A stretch of 36,167 bases of DNA from Candidatus Pacearchaeota archaeon (GCA_041679005.1 JBAYNB010000002.1:1-36167), one strand, 5' to 3'; counted from the stretch's first letter, positions 9,024 through 17,782 are shown. The notes: generated from the sequence alone by a model not told the origin. Numbers and translations are program-made.

Positions 9024-9085
9024 GTTGTTTTTAGTTTAATGTTATATATAAGATTTGTTGATTAGAAAAATAATAAAACTTTAGT

Positions 9086-9841
9086 TTAACCAAACCAACC
9101 TAAAATTTTATCTTTAAAGAATATTGTAAGAGCAAGTATTCCAATTAAAACTAACAAAATAATCAATAAAATTATTTCTCTAGCATAACTTTGCTTTGGT
9201 GTTGTTTTTTGATTCTCTCTTAATAATTCTTCAGATTTTTTCATTAGTTGGGGGGCTCTTGGAGCTTGTCTTAGAATTGTTTGTTGAGCTAATTGTTGCT
9301 GAAATTGTTGAGGTTGCATAGATTTTTGTTGAAATTGTGCAGGATATTGCTGAAAGGGTTTTTGAAAAGATTGTTTAATCTGCATTTGTGTTGGTTGCTG
9401 AGAATATTGAGAGAGTTGCCGAGGTTGCATGTTTTGTTGAGGGATATTTTGCTGCGAGTATTGCGGTCTTAATTGTTGGGGGTGTGGGGTCTGTTGAGTT
9501 TGTGGAGATTGTAAAGTTTTAGTAAGAACTAAATTTTGATTATTTATGGGTTTCTTAGAGATTTTCATTGATTCAGAAGGAGGTTGTATTGTTGATGTTT
9601 GTTTTTTATTATTACCCCAAAATTTTAATTTTGAAGAAAAAGATTTTTTTTCTTCTGGCATTGTCAGGTGTTCTCCAGATTTTGTCTCATGAAGACTTAG
9701 GGTCCCACCAATAAACCTCGAGGCCTCATGAACTTCTTCGAGGTTATATCCTGAGTTAATCATAATTTGAATTGCTTCTTGTAAAGAATCTCCATGTTCA
9801 ATTGCATTTCTTAAAGCACTAATAATCTCCTCGTTTGGCAT
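9086..9841 (-). CDS. tail-anchored protein with a small N-terminal helical domain and a long Gln/Pro-rich low-complexity region
   Basis: 251 aa. Residues 111-199 are Gln-dominated (QSPQTQQTPHPQQLRPQYSQQNIPQQNMQPRQ...). One C-terminal TM helix (EIILLIILLVLIGILALTIFF). Confidence 0.7.
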   Translation of the reverse strand: MPNEEIISALRNAIEHGDSLQEAIQIMINSGYNLEEVHEASRFIGGTLSLHETKSGEHLTMPEEKKSFSSKLKFWGNNKKQTSTIQPPSESMKISKKPINNQNLVLTKTLQSPQTQQTPHPQQLRPQYSQQNIPQQNMQPRQLSQYSQQPTQMQIKQSFQKPFQQYPAQFQQKSMQPQQFQQQLAQQTILRQAPRAPQLMKKSEELLRENQKTTPKQSYAREIILLIILLVLIGILALTIFFKDKILGWFG

Positions 9842-9983
9842 TTTATTTAGTTTATTGTTTAATTTTAATGTTTAAAATAATAAGAGGAATTATTTAAATC
9901 TATTGAGGAAATAGACCTAAGATTATTTCTTAATAAAGATTTATTTATTAAAAGTTGGGTAATTATCTTTATTCAAAACTCTT

Positions 9984-11318
9984 TCAAAAACTTAAACTCT
10001 GCCCATTATTTATCAAGAAAACATTTTTATTCTTTTTATATCCTAACTCTTCTGCTAGTTCAACCATTGGCTGAATTTTTGTATGGTCTCCATGGGCAGG
10101 GATTATATTTTCAGGATGAATCATATTAATAAAATCCCTTAAATCTTCTCTTCCTGCATGACCGCTTACATGAAGATTGTTAAACATTCTTACTCCTTTT
10201 TTTCTTAGTCTTGCATCTAGTTGCTCTCTATTTTCTATTGTTTGTTTAGTTGGAATAACAGATGAAGAGAATAATAAATGGTCATCTTTTCTAAAATTAA
10301 AATGTAGCTTATTTTTTGCAATCCTATCTAAGATACTTCCGGGTTCTCCCTGGTGGCCGGTACAAACAACCATATAATCTCCTCTTTTCTTTTCAACTTT
10401 TTTTAATGCTTTTTCTAATTGATTTCTATAAGTTGCAATTTCTATATCTTTTCTAAAAGGACATAAATTAACTCTTACAGCTGCAGAAACATATTTATTC
10501 AAACTTCTTCCTAAAAAAATAACTTTTCGGTTTAATCTTTTACCAAACTCAGCTATTGATTTTAATCTTGCTATATGTGAAGAAAAGGTTGTTACAAAAA
10601 GTGCAGAATTCTCATTAGTAGTTGTAAATAAAACATCTTCTAATAAAGTACGAGCAACTTTTTCGCTCGCAGTTTTTCTATTATCTCCTGAATAAAGAGA
10701 ATCAACAATAAGAACTTTAACTCCTTCTTTTGCAAGTTCTTTTAATTTTTCATAATTTGGATTCTGTCCAAGAACCGGATTATTATCAAATTTAAAATCA
10801 TTTGAATAAAGGACAATTCCTTCAGGAGTATGTAAAGCTAACATAGAACATTGTAGAGTTGAATGAGTTATATTAACAAAATCTACCTTATATTTTCTAT
10901 TTTTTCCCTGTATATAACAAAAAGAGTTTGGTTGAACAGTTTTTATTTTGTTCTTTAAGATTATTTTTTCATCTTTGAGAATTGAATTAAGAACCTCAAT
11001 AGTATAGGGAGTTCCTATTATCTCTGCATTATATCTATAAGCTAACCATGGAATCCCTCCGATATGATCAAGGTGAGCATGACTTGGAATAATTGCCCTT
11101 ACTTTACTCCTTAATCCTTGTGCATCTAATAAATCATCAGCAGGAATTGCACCAATTGATTTTAATTTTTTTTCACTATAAACTTTGTCTGCTTCTTCTA
11201 GTTCAACAACAGGAGGTAGAAATAATCCGCAATCAAAAACAATCGCATCTTCTCCTAAGTCCACTACAGTCATATTTTTTCCTACTTCATTAAATCCGCC
11301 AATTCCATAAATCTTCAT
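9984..11318 (-). CDS. rnj: archaeal RNase J (beta-CASP metallo-beta-lactamase ribonuclease)
   Basis: 444 aa. Motif PSHAHLDHIGG, a beta-CASP region and C-terminal HVSGHA. No KH domains, which separates it from aCPSF1. Confidence 0.85.
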   Translation of the reverse strand: MKIYGIGGFNEVGKNMTVVDLGEDAIVFDCGLFLPPVVELEEADKVYSEKKLKSIGAIPADDLLDAQGLRSKVRAIIPSHAHLDHIGGIPWLAYRYNAEIIGTPYTIEVLNSILKDEKIILKNKIKTVQPNSFCYIQGKNRKYKVDFVNITHSTLQCSMLALHTPEGIVLYSNDFKFDNNPVLGQNPNYEKLKELAKEGVKVLIVDSLYSGDNRKTASEKVARTLLEDVLFTTTNENSALFVTTFSSHIARLKSIAEFGKRLNRKVIFLGRSLNKYVSAAVRVNLCPFRKDIEIATYRNQLEKALKKVEKKRGDYMVVCTGHQGEPGSILDRIAKNKLHFNFRKDDHLLFSSSVIPTKQTIENREQLDARLRKKGVRMFNNLHVSGHAGREDLRDFINMIHPENIIPAHGDHTKIQPMVELAEELGYKKNKNVFLINNGQSLSF

Positions 11319-11441
11319 CTTTTTTTCATTATCTTATATTTATACTCAATCTAGTTAATTTAAATATGTTTGTAGAAGTGTTAATCATTAGTGAAATCTT
11401 TATTAAGCAATGTTTTTATATTCAATAATTTTAATGTTAGA

Positions 11442-12335
11442 ATGGAAAATAAATCAAAAAAACCAAATATCTTACTAGGACTAATAATTATATTTTTAGT
11501 TATTCAGATGGGATTTATTATCTATCAGTATAACTCTATTAAAACCCTTAATAAAGAGGTTAATACATTAGATACTTCTGTTAATTCCTTGGCTGAAGAG
11601 TTAGGATTAACAAAAACACAATTACAAGGAGAAATAACTGATAAGTTTACTAAACAACAGAGCGATATAACCAAACTAACTGCAGATGTTGTTAAAACTC
11701 AAGAGGATTTAGAAGAACAAACAGAAAAAATAAATAAAATTAAAAATTCAGTAAGTGATGATTTTTCTGGAATCATTGATGATACTATTGGAGGAGTTGT
11801 AAGTATTGTTACAGATGTCGCTCAAGGCTCTGGTTTTATTATAACTTCTGATGGATATGTTGTAACAAATTATCATGTTATTTCTGGTGCAAGCACAATT
11901 AGTGTTATACCTTATGAAGGGTCTGCAAAAACTGTTGAATTAATCGGGTATAGTGTAAATATGGATGTTGCATTACTAAAGATTAATGGGGAATACACAC
12001 CATTGGTGTTTGGAGATTCAGATGATGCAGAAGTTGGTGAAAAAGTAATTGCTATGGGAAATCCTTATGGATTATCTTTTTCAGTATCAGAAGGAATAAT
12101 TAGTTCTTTGCATAGAGAGGGTTCTAATGGATTTAAGGTTTATACTCAGATAGATGTTCCATTAAATCCTGGAAACTCTGGAGGGCCTTTAGTAAACAAA
12201 CAAGGAGAGGTTATTGGGATTAATAATTTTAAAGTTAGTGATGCAGAAAGTTTAGGTTTTGCATTAGAATCTAATCAAGCAGTTAAAACTATAAATGCAA
12301 TTAGCCAAAAAGTATTAGAAAAAGATATTATATAA
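11442..12335 (+). CDS. membrane-anchored trypsin-like serine protease (HtrA/DegP family S1C, no PDZ)
   Basis: Catalytic triad contexts TNYHVI (His), DVALLKI (Asp) and GNSGGPLVN (Ser). N-terminal TM helix plus a coiled-coil linker. I chose the ATG at 11442 because a TATA-like box ends 19 nt upstream; the track's GTG at 11391 is less likely. Confidence 0.8.
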   Translation: MENKSKKPNILLGLIIIFLVIQMGFIIYQYNSIKTLNKEVNTLDTSVNSLAEELGLTKTQLQGEITDKFTKQQSDITKLTADVVKTQEDLEEQTEKINKIKNSVSDDFSGIIDDTIGGVVSIVTDVAQGSGFIITSDGYVVTNYHVISGASTISVIPYEGSAKTVELIGYSVNMDVALLKINGEYTPLVFGDSDDAEVGEKVIAMGNPYGLSFSVSEGIISSLHREGSNGFKVYTQIDVPLNPGNSGGPLVNKQGEVIGINNFKVSDAESLGFALESNQAVKTINAISQKVLEKDII

Positions 12336-12336
12336 A

Positions 12337-12666
12337 ATGAAAATAATAAGAAAAAAAGAAATTAAAAAAATGAGAGTAACACATAATTCTAAATTATTAT
12401 GGATAATTTTAATATTAATAATTGCTTTAATCGCAATAATATGTTTTATTGTACAGAACAATAAAGAAAAATGGAAAGAAATTGATGTTGGTGTGAAAAA
12501 TTGTGTTCCTGCAAGTTGTTGTCATGCAACTGAATGTGTTTTAACTGAACAAGCCCCTGATTGTAAAAATATGGTTTGTAGTGCTGTTTGTTCTGGTCCT
12601 TTAGATTGTGGTGCTGGAAGTTGTGAATTTATTGATAATAAATGTGTAATTGTTTCAGATAAATAA
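12337..12666 (+). CDS. membrane-anchored cysteine-rich mini-protein (unknown function)
   Basis: 109 aa. N-terminal TM (LLWIILILIIALIAIICFIV), then a roughly 55-aa ectodomain with 10 Cys (C-x4-CC-x4-C-x8-C-x4-C-x3-C-x5-C-x4-C-x6-C). The ATG lies 1 nt after the protease stop. Confidence 0.6.
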   Translation: MKIIRKKEIKKMRVTHNSKLLWIILILIIALIAIICFIVQNNKEKWKEIDVGVKNCVPASCCHATECVLTEQAPDCKNMVCSAVCSGPLDCGAGSCEFIDNKCVIVSDK

Positions 12667-12691
12667 TTATAAAATTTAGTCTTATTAAAAA

Positions 12692-15187
12692 ATGTTTAAA
12701 AAAGCAGGTAAAAAGAGCCGAGTAATTGGAATCTTTATAATTTTATTTTTAGTATTTAGTGTTTTTTTAGTTAGTTCTTCTGAAAATAATGAGAAGATTA
12801 GTAAAGAGGTTTACAATTCTTTTGAAAAAAATTCTGAAGATGTAAGAATTATTATTAATTTAAAAGAGCCTGTTCAAGAAAAAGGTTTTTTGATGAAATT
12901 AGTAAGTATAAAAGAAGAAACAACTTCTAAAGAAGAAGTTATTAATACAGTAAGAGAAGAAAACATTAAACATATTTTTGAGAATTCAATTGCTGTTGAA
13001 GTTAGTGAGAGTGAATTAGAAAGTTTAAAAGAAAATATCAATGTAGAATCAGTAATAATTGACAGACCAGTTCATACATTTTTACAAGATTCTGTTCCTT
13101 TAATTAATGCAACAGGAGCCTGGCCAATTCAGATTTATGGAACAAATTTAACAGGGCTTAATGAAACAATTTGTATAATTGATACTGGAATTGATTTTAC
13201 TCATCCTGATTTAATTGGAAAAAATAAAACTTGTGTTATTGATTGTCAAGGAGCTTCAGATGATGTAACAAATTGTGTAGAAAATTGTTCTCTTGGAGAT
13301 GATAATGGACATGGAACTCATTGTGCTGGAATTGCTGCTGCAAATGGAACAATTAAAGGGGTTGCAATTGGTGCAAATTTAATTGGAGTCAAGGCATTAG
13401 ATTCTAGTGGGAGTGGATATGTAAGTGATATAAAAACTGGGATAGAATGGTGTATTAATAATGCACAAGCATATAATATTTCTGTAATAAGCATAAGCTC
13501 AGGAGTTACTTATGAAAATGGAACAGGAGTTCCTTATACTAATTATTGTGATGATATTTATGATAATTCTCCTGAAATAGATTTTCTTACTCCAATAAAC
13601 AATGCTACTGCACATAATATCTCAGTAATTATTGCAACAGGAAATGATGGTTATACAGAGGCTATTTCTGCTCCTGCATGTATAACAAATGCTACTGCAG
13701 TTGGAGCAACAGATAAATTAGATGTGATTGCAAGTTATTCAAACAGAAATAATTTAATTGATTTAATCGCTCCAGGAGGAGTTGCAGCTAACCCTATTAA
13801 TTCAACAAGTAATGATAATAGTTATATAGGATATTATGGAACTTCAATGGCAACCCCGCATGTTGCAGGAGCATTTGCTATTATAAGACAACTTTATAGA
13901 TTGCAAGAGGGAAGAGTTCCAACACCACAAGAAATCAAAGATATTTTTAATTCAACAGGTAAACAGATTAATGATACTGCTGGAACTGGATTAAACTTTT
14001 CAAGAATTGATATCTATGCTGCGGTTAATTCTATATTAAAAAATGTGATAGTTACTCTTTATCCTGAAAATAATTCTTATCTTAATCTTATGAATCAAAA
14101 TCAAACTTTTATTTGTAATAGCACAAGTCTTAACTCTAATTTAAAAAATATAACTTTCTATTTGTGGAATTCGACAAATAATTTAGTTTATAATTTAACA
14201 ATAAATATTTCAGGAACAAATAATCAAACAAATTTTTCTTATAATTTTACAAATGAAAACAAATTTTATTGGAATTGTATTGCGTATAATAATAATAGTT
14301 TTTTCAATTCAAATGTAAATTATACAATCACCTATGACATATCTACTACAAATATCTCTTCAATATCTGCTGGTTCAATAACTTCAACAAGTGCAAGTAT
14401 TAGTTGGATAACAAATGAAAGTACAAATTCTTCTGTAAATTATGGAACTACAATCAATTTAGGAAGTATTGTAGGAAATTCTAGCCTTTCAACAAGTAAC
14501 TCAGTTTATCTTTCGGATTTATCTGCTTCAACACTTTATTATTATAATGTTACAAGTTGTGACCCTGCAAATAATTGTAACACAACAGGGCCAAATAATT
14601 TTACAACCTCTGCAACAGTTACAGTTTCTAATGATGATGGTGACGGAGGTAGCAGTGGAGGTGGAGGAGGAAGCACAACATCAACATATGTTGTAAATTC
14701 TGAACAGATTTCTGCAGGATATTCTCAAACATTAAATCTTAATGATAGAATTAAATTTAGTTTTCCAGAGAATAAAACTGAATTACATTTTTTAACTCTT
14801 ACTAAAATAAGCACAGGAATTGCTGAGATTCTTATTCAGAGCACTCCAATAAAATTAACTTTATTGACTGGTCAGGAGAAAAAAATAAATCTCAGTTCTG
14901 CAGATTATTATGATTTGTATATAAGGTTAAACTCAACTGCAAGCACTAAAGCAAGTATTTATATTAAAACAATTCATGAGGAAATCCCAAGACTTGCACC
15001 GATTATTAATAATAGTGAAGGGAATAATTCTAAAACATCTGAGATTGAAGGGGATAAAAATAATACAAAGTTTAATCTAACAAAAATCCAAAAAATAGGT
15101 ATTTACATCTTCATAGGAATATTTATAATAATCATTGTTTATTTATTGTTAATAAGAGCAAGAATTAAACACAGAAATAAAAAATGA
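12692..15187 (+). CDS. subtilisin-like serine protease (S8) with I9-type propeptide, FN3-like region and C-terminal TM anchor
   Basis: Signal peptide; propeptide ending ELESLKENINVESVIIDRPVH. Triad contexts CIIDTGID, HGTHCAGI, GTSMATPHVAG. FN3-like SISWITNESTNSSVNYGTT...YYYNVTSCD, a Gly/Ser linker GDGGSSGGGGGS, and a terminal TM followed by RARIKHRNKK. Confidence 0.9.
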   Translation: MFKKAGKKSRVIGIFIILFLVFSVFLVSSSENNEKISKEVYNSFEKNSEDVRIIINLKEPVQEKGFLMKLVSIKEETTSKEEVINTVREENIKHIFENSIAVEVSESELESLKENINVESVIIDRPVHTFLQDSVPLINATGAWPIQIYGTNLTGLNETICIIDTGIDFTHPDLIGKNKTCVIDCQGASDDVTNCVENCSLGDDNGHGTHCAGIAAANGTIKGVAIGANLIGVKALDSSGSGYVSDIKTGIEWCINNAQAYNISVISISSGVTYENGTGVPYTNYCDDIYDNSPEIDFLTPINNATAHNISVIIATGNDGYTEAISAPACITNATAVGATDKLDVIASYSNRNNLIDLIAPGGVAANPINSTSNDNSYIGYYGTSMATPHVAGAFAIIRQLYRLQEGRVPTPQEIKDIFNSTGKQINDTAGTGLNFSRIDIYAAVNSILKNVIVTLYPENNSYLNLMNQNQTFICNSTSLNSNLKNITFYLWNSTNNLVYNLTINISGTNNQTNFSYNFTNENKFYWNCIAYNNNSFFNSNVNYTITYDISTTNISSISAGSITSTSASISWITNESTNSSVNYGTTINLGSIVGNSSLSTSNSVYLSDLSASTLYYYNVTSCDPANNCNTTGPNNFTTSATVTVSNDDGDGGSSGGGGGSTTSTYVVNSEQISAGYSQTLNLNDRIKFSFPENKTELHFLTLTKISTGIAEILIQSTPIKLTLLTGQEKKINLSSADYYDLYIRLNSTASTKASIYIKTIHEEIPRLAPIINNSEGNNSKTSEIEGDKNNTKFNLTKIQKIGIYIFIGIFIIIIVYLLLIRARIKHRNKK

Positions 15188-15199
15188 AACCATAGAGCC

Positions 15200-15251
15200 C
15201 TTTTGATACAAAAGTCCTCGGGTAAAAATTACCTTTTCCGAGAAAAGGTAA
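15200..15251 (+). other. structured intergenic element with mutually exclusive hairpins (function unknown)
   Basis: cttttg-ata-caaaag (15200..15214). Then ggtaa-aaa-ttacc (15221..15233) competes with the 9-bp ttacctttt-ccgag-aaaaggtaa (15229..15251) for the same ttacc. Confidence 0.3.
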
Positions 15252-15263
15252 GCCAAAATCAAG

Positions 15264-15539
15264 ATGAAACCATTAAAACCCTCTCACAGAGAAAATAAAA
15301 GATATTTATTGATAAAAGGGAATGATGCTAATAAAAAGATAATTGAAGAAGTTGTTTTAGAATTTATTGGAGTTCTTGGATGGGCAGAAGCAAGTCCTCA
15401 GATTATTAAAGAAGGCAAGAATTTAGTTGTTCTTTCTATTAATAGAAAAACCCTAAACAAGATTAGAACAAGTTTTTTAATGAGTAATAAGGACTTAAAG
15501 ATTGTGAAGGTGAGTGGATCGATAAAGAATTTGGGATAG
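15264..15539 (+). CDS. rnp2: RNase P protein component 2 (Pop5 family), short form
   Basis: LKPSHRENKRYLLIKG at the N-terminus and VKVSGSIKNL at the C-terminus match the Pop5 pattern (R.k.RY ... vSGTik). It sits upstream of psmA as in the archaeal exosome superoperon. Confidence 0.68.
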   Translation: MKPLKPSHRENKRYLLIKGNDANKKIIEEVVLEFIGVLGWAEASPQIIKEGKNLVVLSINRKTLNKIRTSFLMSNKDLKIVKVSGSIKNLG

Positions 15540-15776
15540 TGAATAAATAATTTAGTTAGATAAGTTATTTTCAAAGCTAAGCTAATTATCTTTAAACTAA
15601 AAAAAGAAAAAATTGATTTCACCACCATAAACCTTATAAACATATTATCTTTCTTGTTTTTGAAAGTTAAAGGGATTTCTGAGTATGGTTTGAAGAACAG
15701 TTAAGTATAAAAACACTCAAATAAAAAATATAAGATATTAAATTATAATAAACTAAATAATAAACACAAAAATAAA

Positions 15777-16496
15777 ATGGACATACCAGACATGCAACAT
15801 CAAGTAATGGGTTATGACAGAAGTGCAACTATGTTTTCTCCGGATGGACATATTTTACAAGTTGAGTATGCTGAGAAAACAGTTAGACTTGGATCTGCTT
15901 CGATTGGAATAAAAACTAAAGACGGAGTTGTTATTATTGCTGATAAAGGATATAAAGATGAATTAATTGTTCCTGAATCTGCTGATAAAATTTATGAAAT
16001 TGATGAGCATATTATGGCAAGTGCTGCAGGTATTTTATCTGATGCAAGAATTCTAATTAATCAAACAAGAATTATTGCTCAACAACATAAAGTTACTTAT
16101 GATTCTCCTATTGATGTTGAGTCTGTAATAAGAGAGATTTCAGACATAAAACAACAATACACACAACATCCTGGAGTAAGACCTTTTGGAGTTGCTTTAA
16201 TGATTGCTGGTAAAAATGGAGCAGAGTGCAAATTATACACAAGCGACATAACTGGAAATTATTTTGAGTATAATGCAATTGCTATTGGTGAAAATGATGA
16301 AAAGATAAAAGAAGAATTAAGAAGAGAATATAGAAAAACTATGACTACAAAAGAAGCGATTAAATTAGGAGTAGATATTTTTAAAAGAATTCTTGGAGCT
16401 AAATTTGATATTCAAAGATTTAATATTGCTCATATTGATAACCAAGAGGGTAAGTTAAAGAAACTTAATAAAGAAGAAATTTCTATGTATAAGTAA
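15777..16496 (+). CDS. psmA: proteasome alpha subunit
   Basis: YDRSATMFSPDGHILQVEYA alpha-subunit signature. 239 aa. Confidence 0.92.
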   Translation: MDIPDMQHQVMGYDRSATMFSPDGHILQVEYAEKTVRLGSASIGIKTKDGVVIIADKGYKDELIVPESADKIYEIDEHIMASAAGILSDARILINQTRIIAQQHKVTYDSPIDVESVIREISDIKQQYTQHPGVRPFGVALMIAGKNGAECKLYTSDITGNYFEYNAIAIGENDEKIKEELRREYRKTMTTKEAIKLGVDIFKRILGAKFDIQRFNIAHIDNQEGKLKKLNKEEISMYK

Positions 16497-16711
16497 TGGA
16501 ATCAAATATATATGTCTTAAAATCAGAAAGAATTGAAATTTGTGAGGGGCAGTATTCTATCAGACAACATATGTCTGGACAAATACCAATATGCTCAGAC
16601 AAGAGAAATTTTATTTCTAAAGAAAAATTATTTGAAGAACACAGAAAGCAGTTAAGCCATTCTGGTTTAACTTCCATGACTACCACAGTTCAATGGACTA
16701 ATTTTAATTAA
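16496..16711 (+). CDS. hypothetical 71-aa ORF (coding status uncertain)
   Basis: The ATG overlaps the psmA stop (TAATG). Composition is atypical for this genome (low Lys/Ile/Asn). The opposite strand is also open over the same stretch. Confidence 0.3.
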   Translation: MESNIYVLKSERIEICEGQYSIRQHMSGQIPICSDKRNFISKEKLFEEHRKQLSHSGLTSMTTTVQWTNFN

Positions 16712-16772
16712 ACCTTTAAGATAACTAGAAAAGAATACAAATATTTAAAACTGATAAAATTGTTAAAATAAC

Positions 16773-17078
16773 ATGAAAAAAATACCTCAAGAAGTAATTG
16801 ATTATATATCCAAGATATCTAAAGAAGCAGATGGTAAATATAAAGCGGGCTTTGTTATGAAAGAAGAAATGTTGGGCAAAATAAAATCAGTCTATTTAGT
16901 TCCAAATAAAATAAAGAAATCTAATGAAGTTATTCAAATTACAAGTCTAAAAGATTCTGCACATCTTAATTTTATTTATTCTCAAGACTATACTTTGATT
17001 ACTGATGCTCAAGTTGAAAAGAATGGGGGATTAGAAGCAGTTATTAAAAAATTAAAATCAGGGAAATTAGAATTGTAA
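16773..17078 (+). CDS. hypothetical protein (101 aa) translationally coupled to SBDS
   Basis: Genome-typical K/I/E-rich composition. Its stop is 1 nt before the SBDS ATG. I recognise no motif. Confidence 0.6.
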   Translation: MKKIPQEVIDYISKISKEADGKYKAGFVMKEEMLGKIKSVYLVPNKIKKSNEVIQITSLKDSAHLNFIYSQDYTLITDAQVEKNGGLEAVIKKLKSGKLEL

Positions 17079-17079
17079 T

Positions 17080-17766
17080 ATGACAGACACTGTTGCACGA
17101 TTAAGAAAGGGAAGCATGATTTTTGAAACAATGGTAAACTTAGAAGCTGCTATGAAGCTTAAAAAAGGAGAGAAAGTTGATATTGCTGAAATAATAAGAG
17201 ATAATGCGGTTTATACTGATTTAAAAAAAGGAATGAGAGCAGGCAAAGATGTTTTAATCAGTGCTTTTGAAACAGATAATTTTCCAGAGATTGTAGAAAA
17301 AATAGTTAAAAGAGGAGAGTTAGAAGTTACTCAAGAATTCAGAGATGAAGCAGTTGAACAAAAAAGAAAACAAATTATTGATTTCTTAGTTAGAAATGCA
17401 GTTGATGCAAGAACAAACAGACCATTTACTCCTGACATGATTCAGAATTCATTAAAACAAGCAGGAGTTAAAATTGACAAGCAACCTATTGAAAGACAGA
17501 TTAAACCTATAATCACAGCATTGACAAAAATTATTCCAATTAAAATTGCAAGCAAAAAAATCAAAGTTATAATTCCTGCAGTTCATACTGGAAGAGCTTA
17601 TGGAATTGTTCAAGAATATAAAGAAAGAGAAGACTGGTTAGCCAATGGAGATTTAGAAGTTATTTTAAATATTCCTGTTGGGATTCAGACAGAATTCTAT
17701 GATAGATTGAATGGTGTAACTCATGGTTCTGCAATTACTCAAGAGATGAAAGTTGAAGAAAATTAA
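17080..17766 (+). CDS. SBDS (Shwachman-Bodian-Diamond syndrome) family ribosome maturation protein
   Basis: ARLRKGSMIFETMVNLEAAMKLKKG N-terminal FYSH-domain pattern. 228 aa. Canonical position upstream of rrp4. Confidence 0.88.
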   Translation: MTDTVARLRKGSMIFETMVNLEAAMKLKKGEKVDIAEIIRDNAVYTDLKKGMRAGKDVLISAFETDNFPEIVEKIVKRGELEVTQEFRDEAVEQKRKQIIDFLVRNAVDARTNRPFTPDMIQNSLKQAGVKIDKQPIERQIKPIITALTKIIPIKIASKKIKVIIPAVHTGRAYGIVQEYKEREDWLANGDLEVILNIPVGIQTEFYDRLNGVTHGSAITQEMKVEEN

Positions 17767-17782
17767 TTCTAAAAATATTTTT

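Noticed and set aside
181-10003. Repeated 13-mer aaacttaaactct at 181..193 and 9991..10003, with a similar aaaacttaaactt near 22579.
   Set aside because: Dozens of chance 13-mer matches are expected in an AT-rich 36-kb window, and one copy lies inside the RNase J coding sequence.
11391-11441. The GTG-initiated 17-codon N-terminal extension of the HtrA-like protease, as given in the ORF track.
   Set aside because: The extension overlaps the TATA-like box at 11415..11422. The ATG at 11442 has the genome-typical 19-nt leaderless spacing.
16497-16772. The idea that the psmA-SBDS spacer encodes RNase P RNA or SRP RNA. The segment acagaaagcagttaagcc vaguely recalls the CR-V block ACAGAAnnnGGCUUA.
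   Set aside because: There is no CR-I GAGGAAAGUCC-like block and no SRP helix-8 motif. The segment is too short and only weak 5-bp stems are visible. I kept it only as 'ORF or unknown RNA' in the findings.
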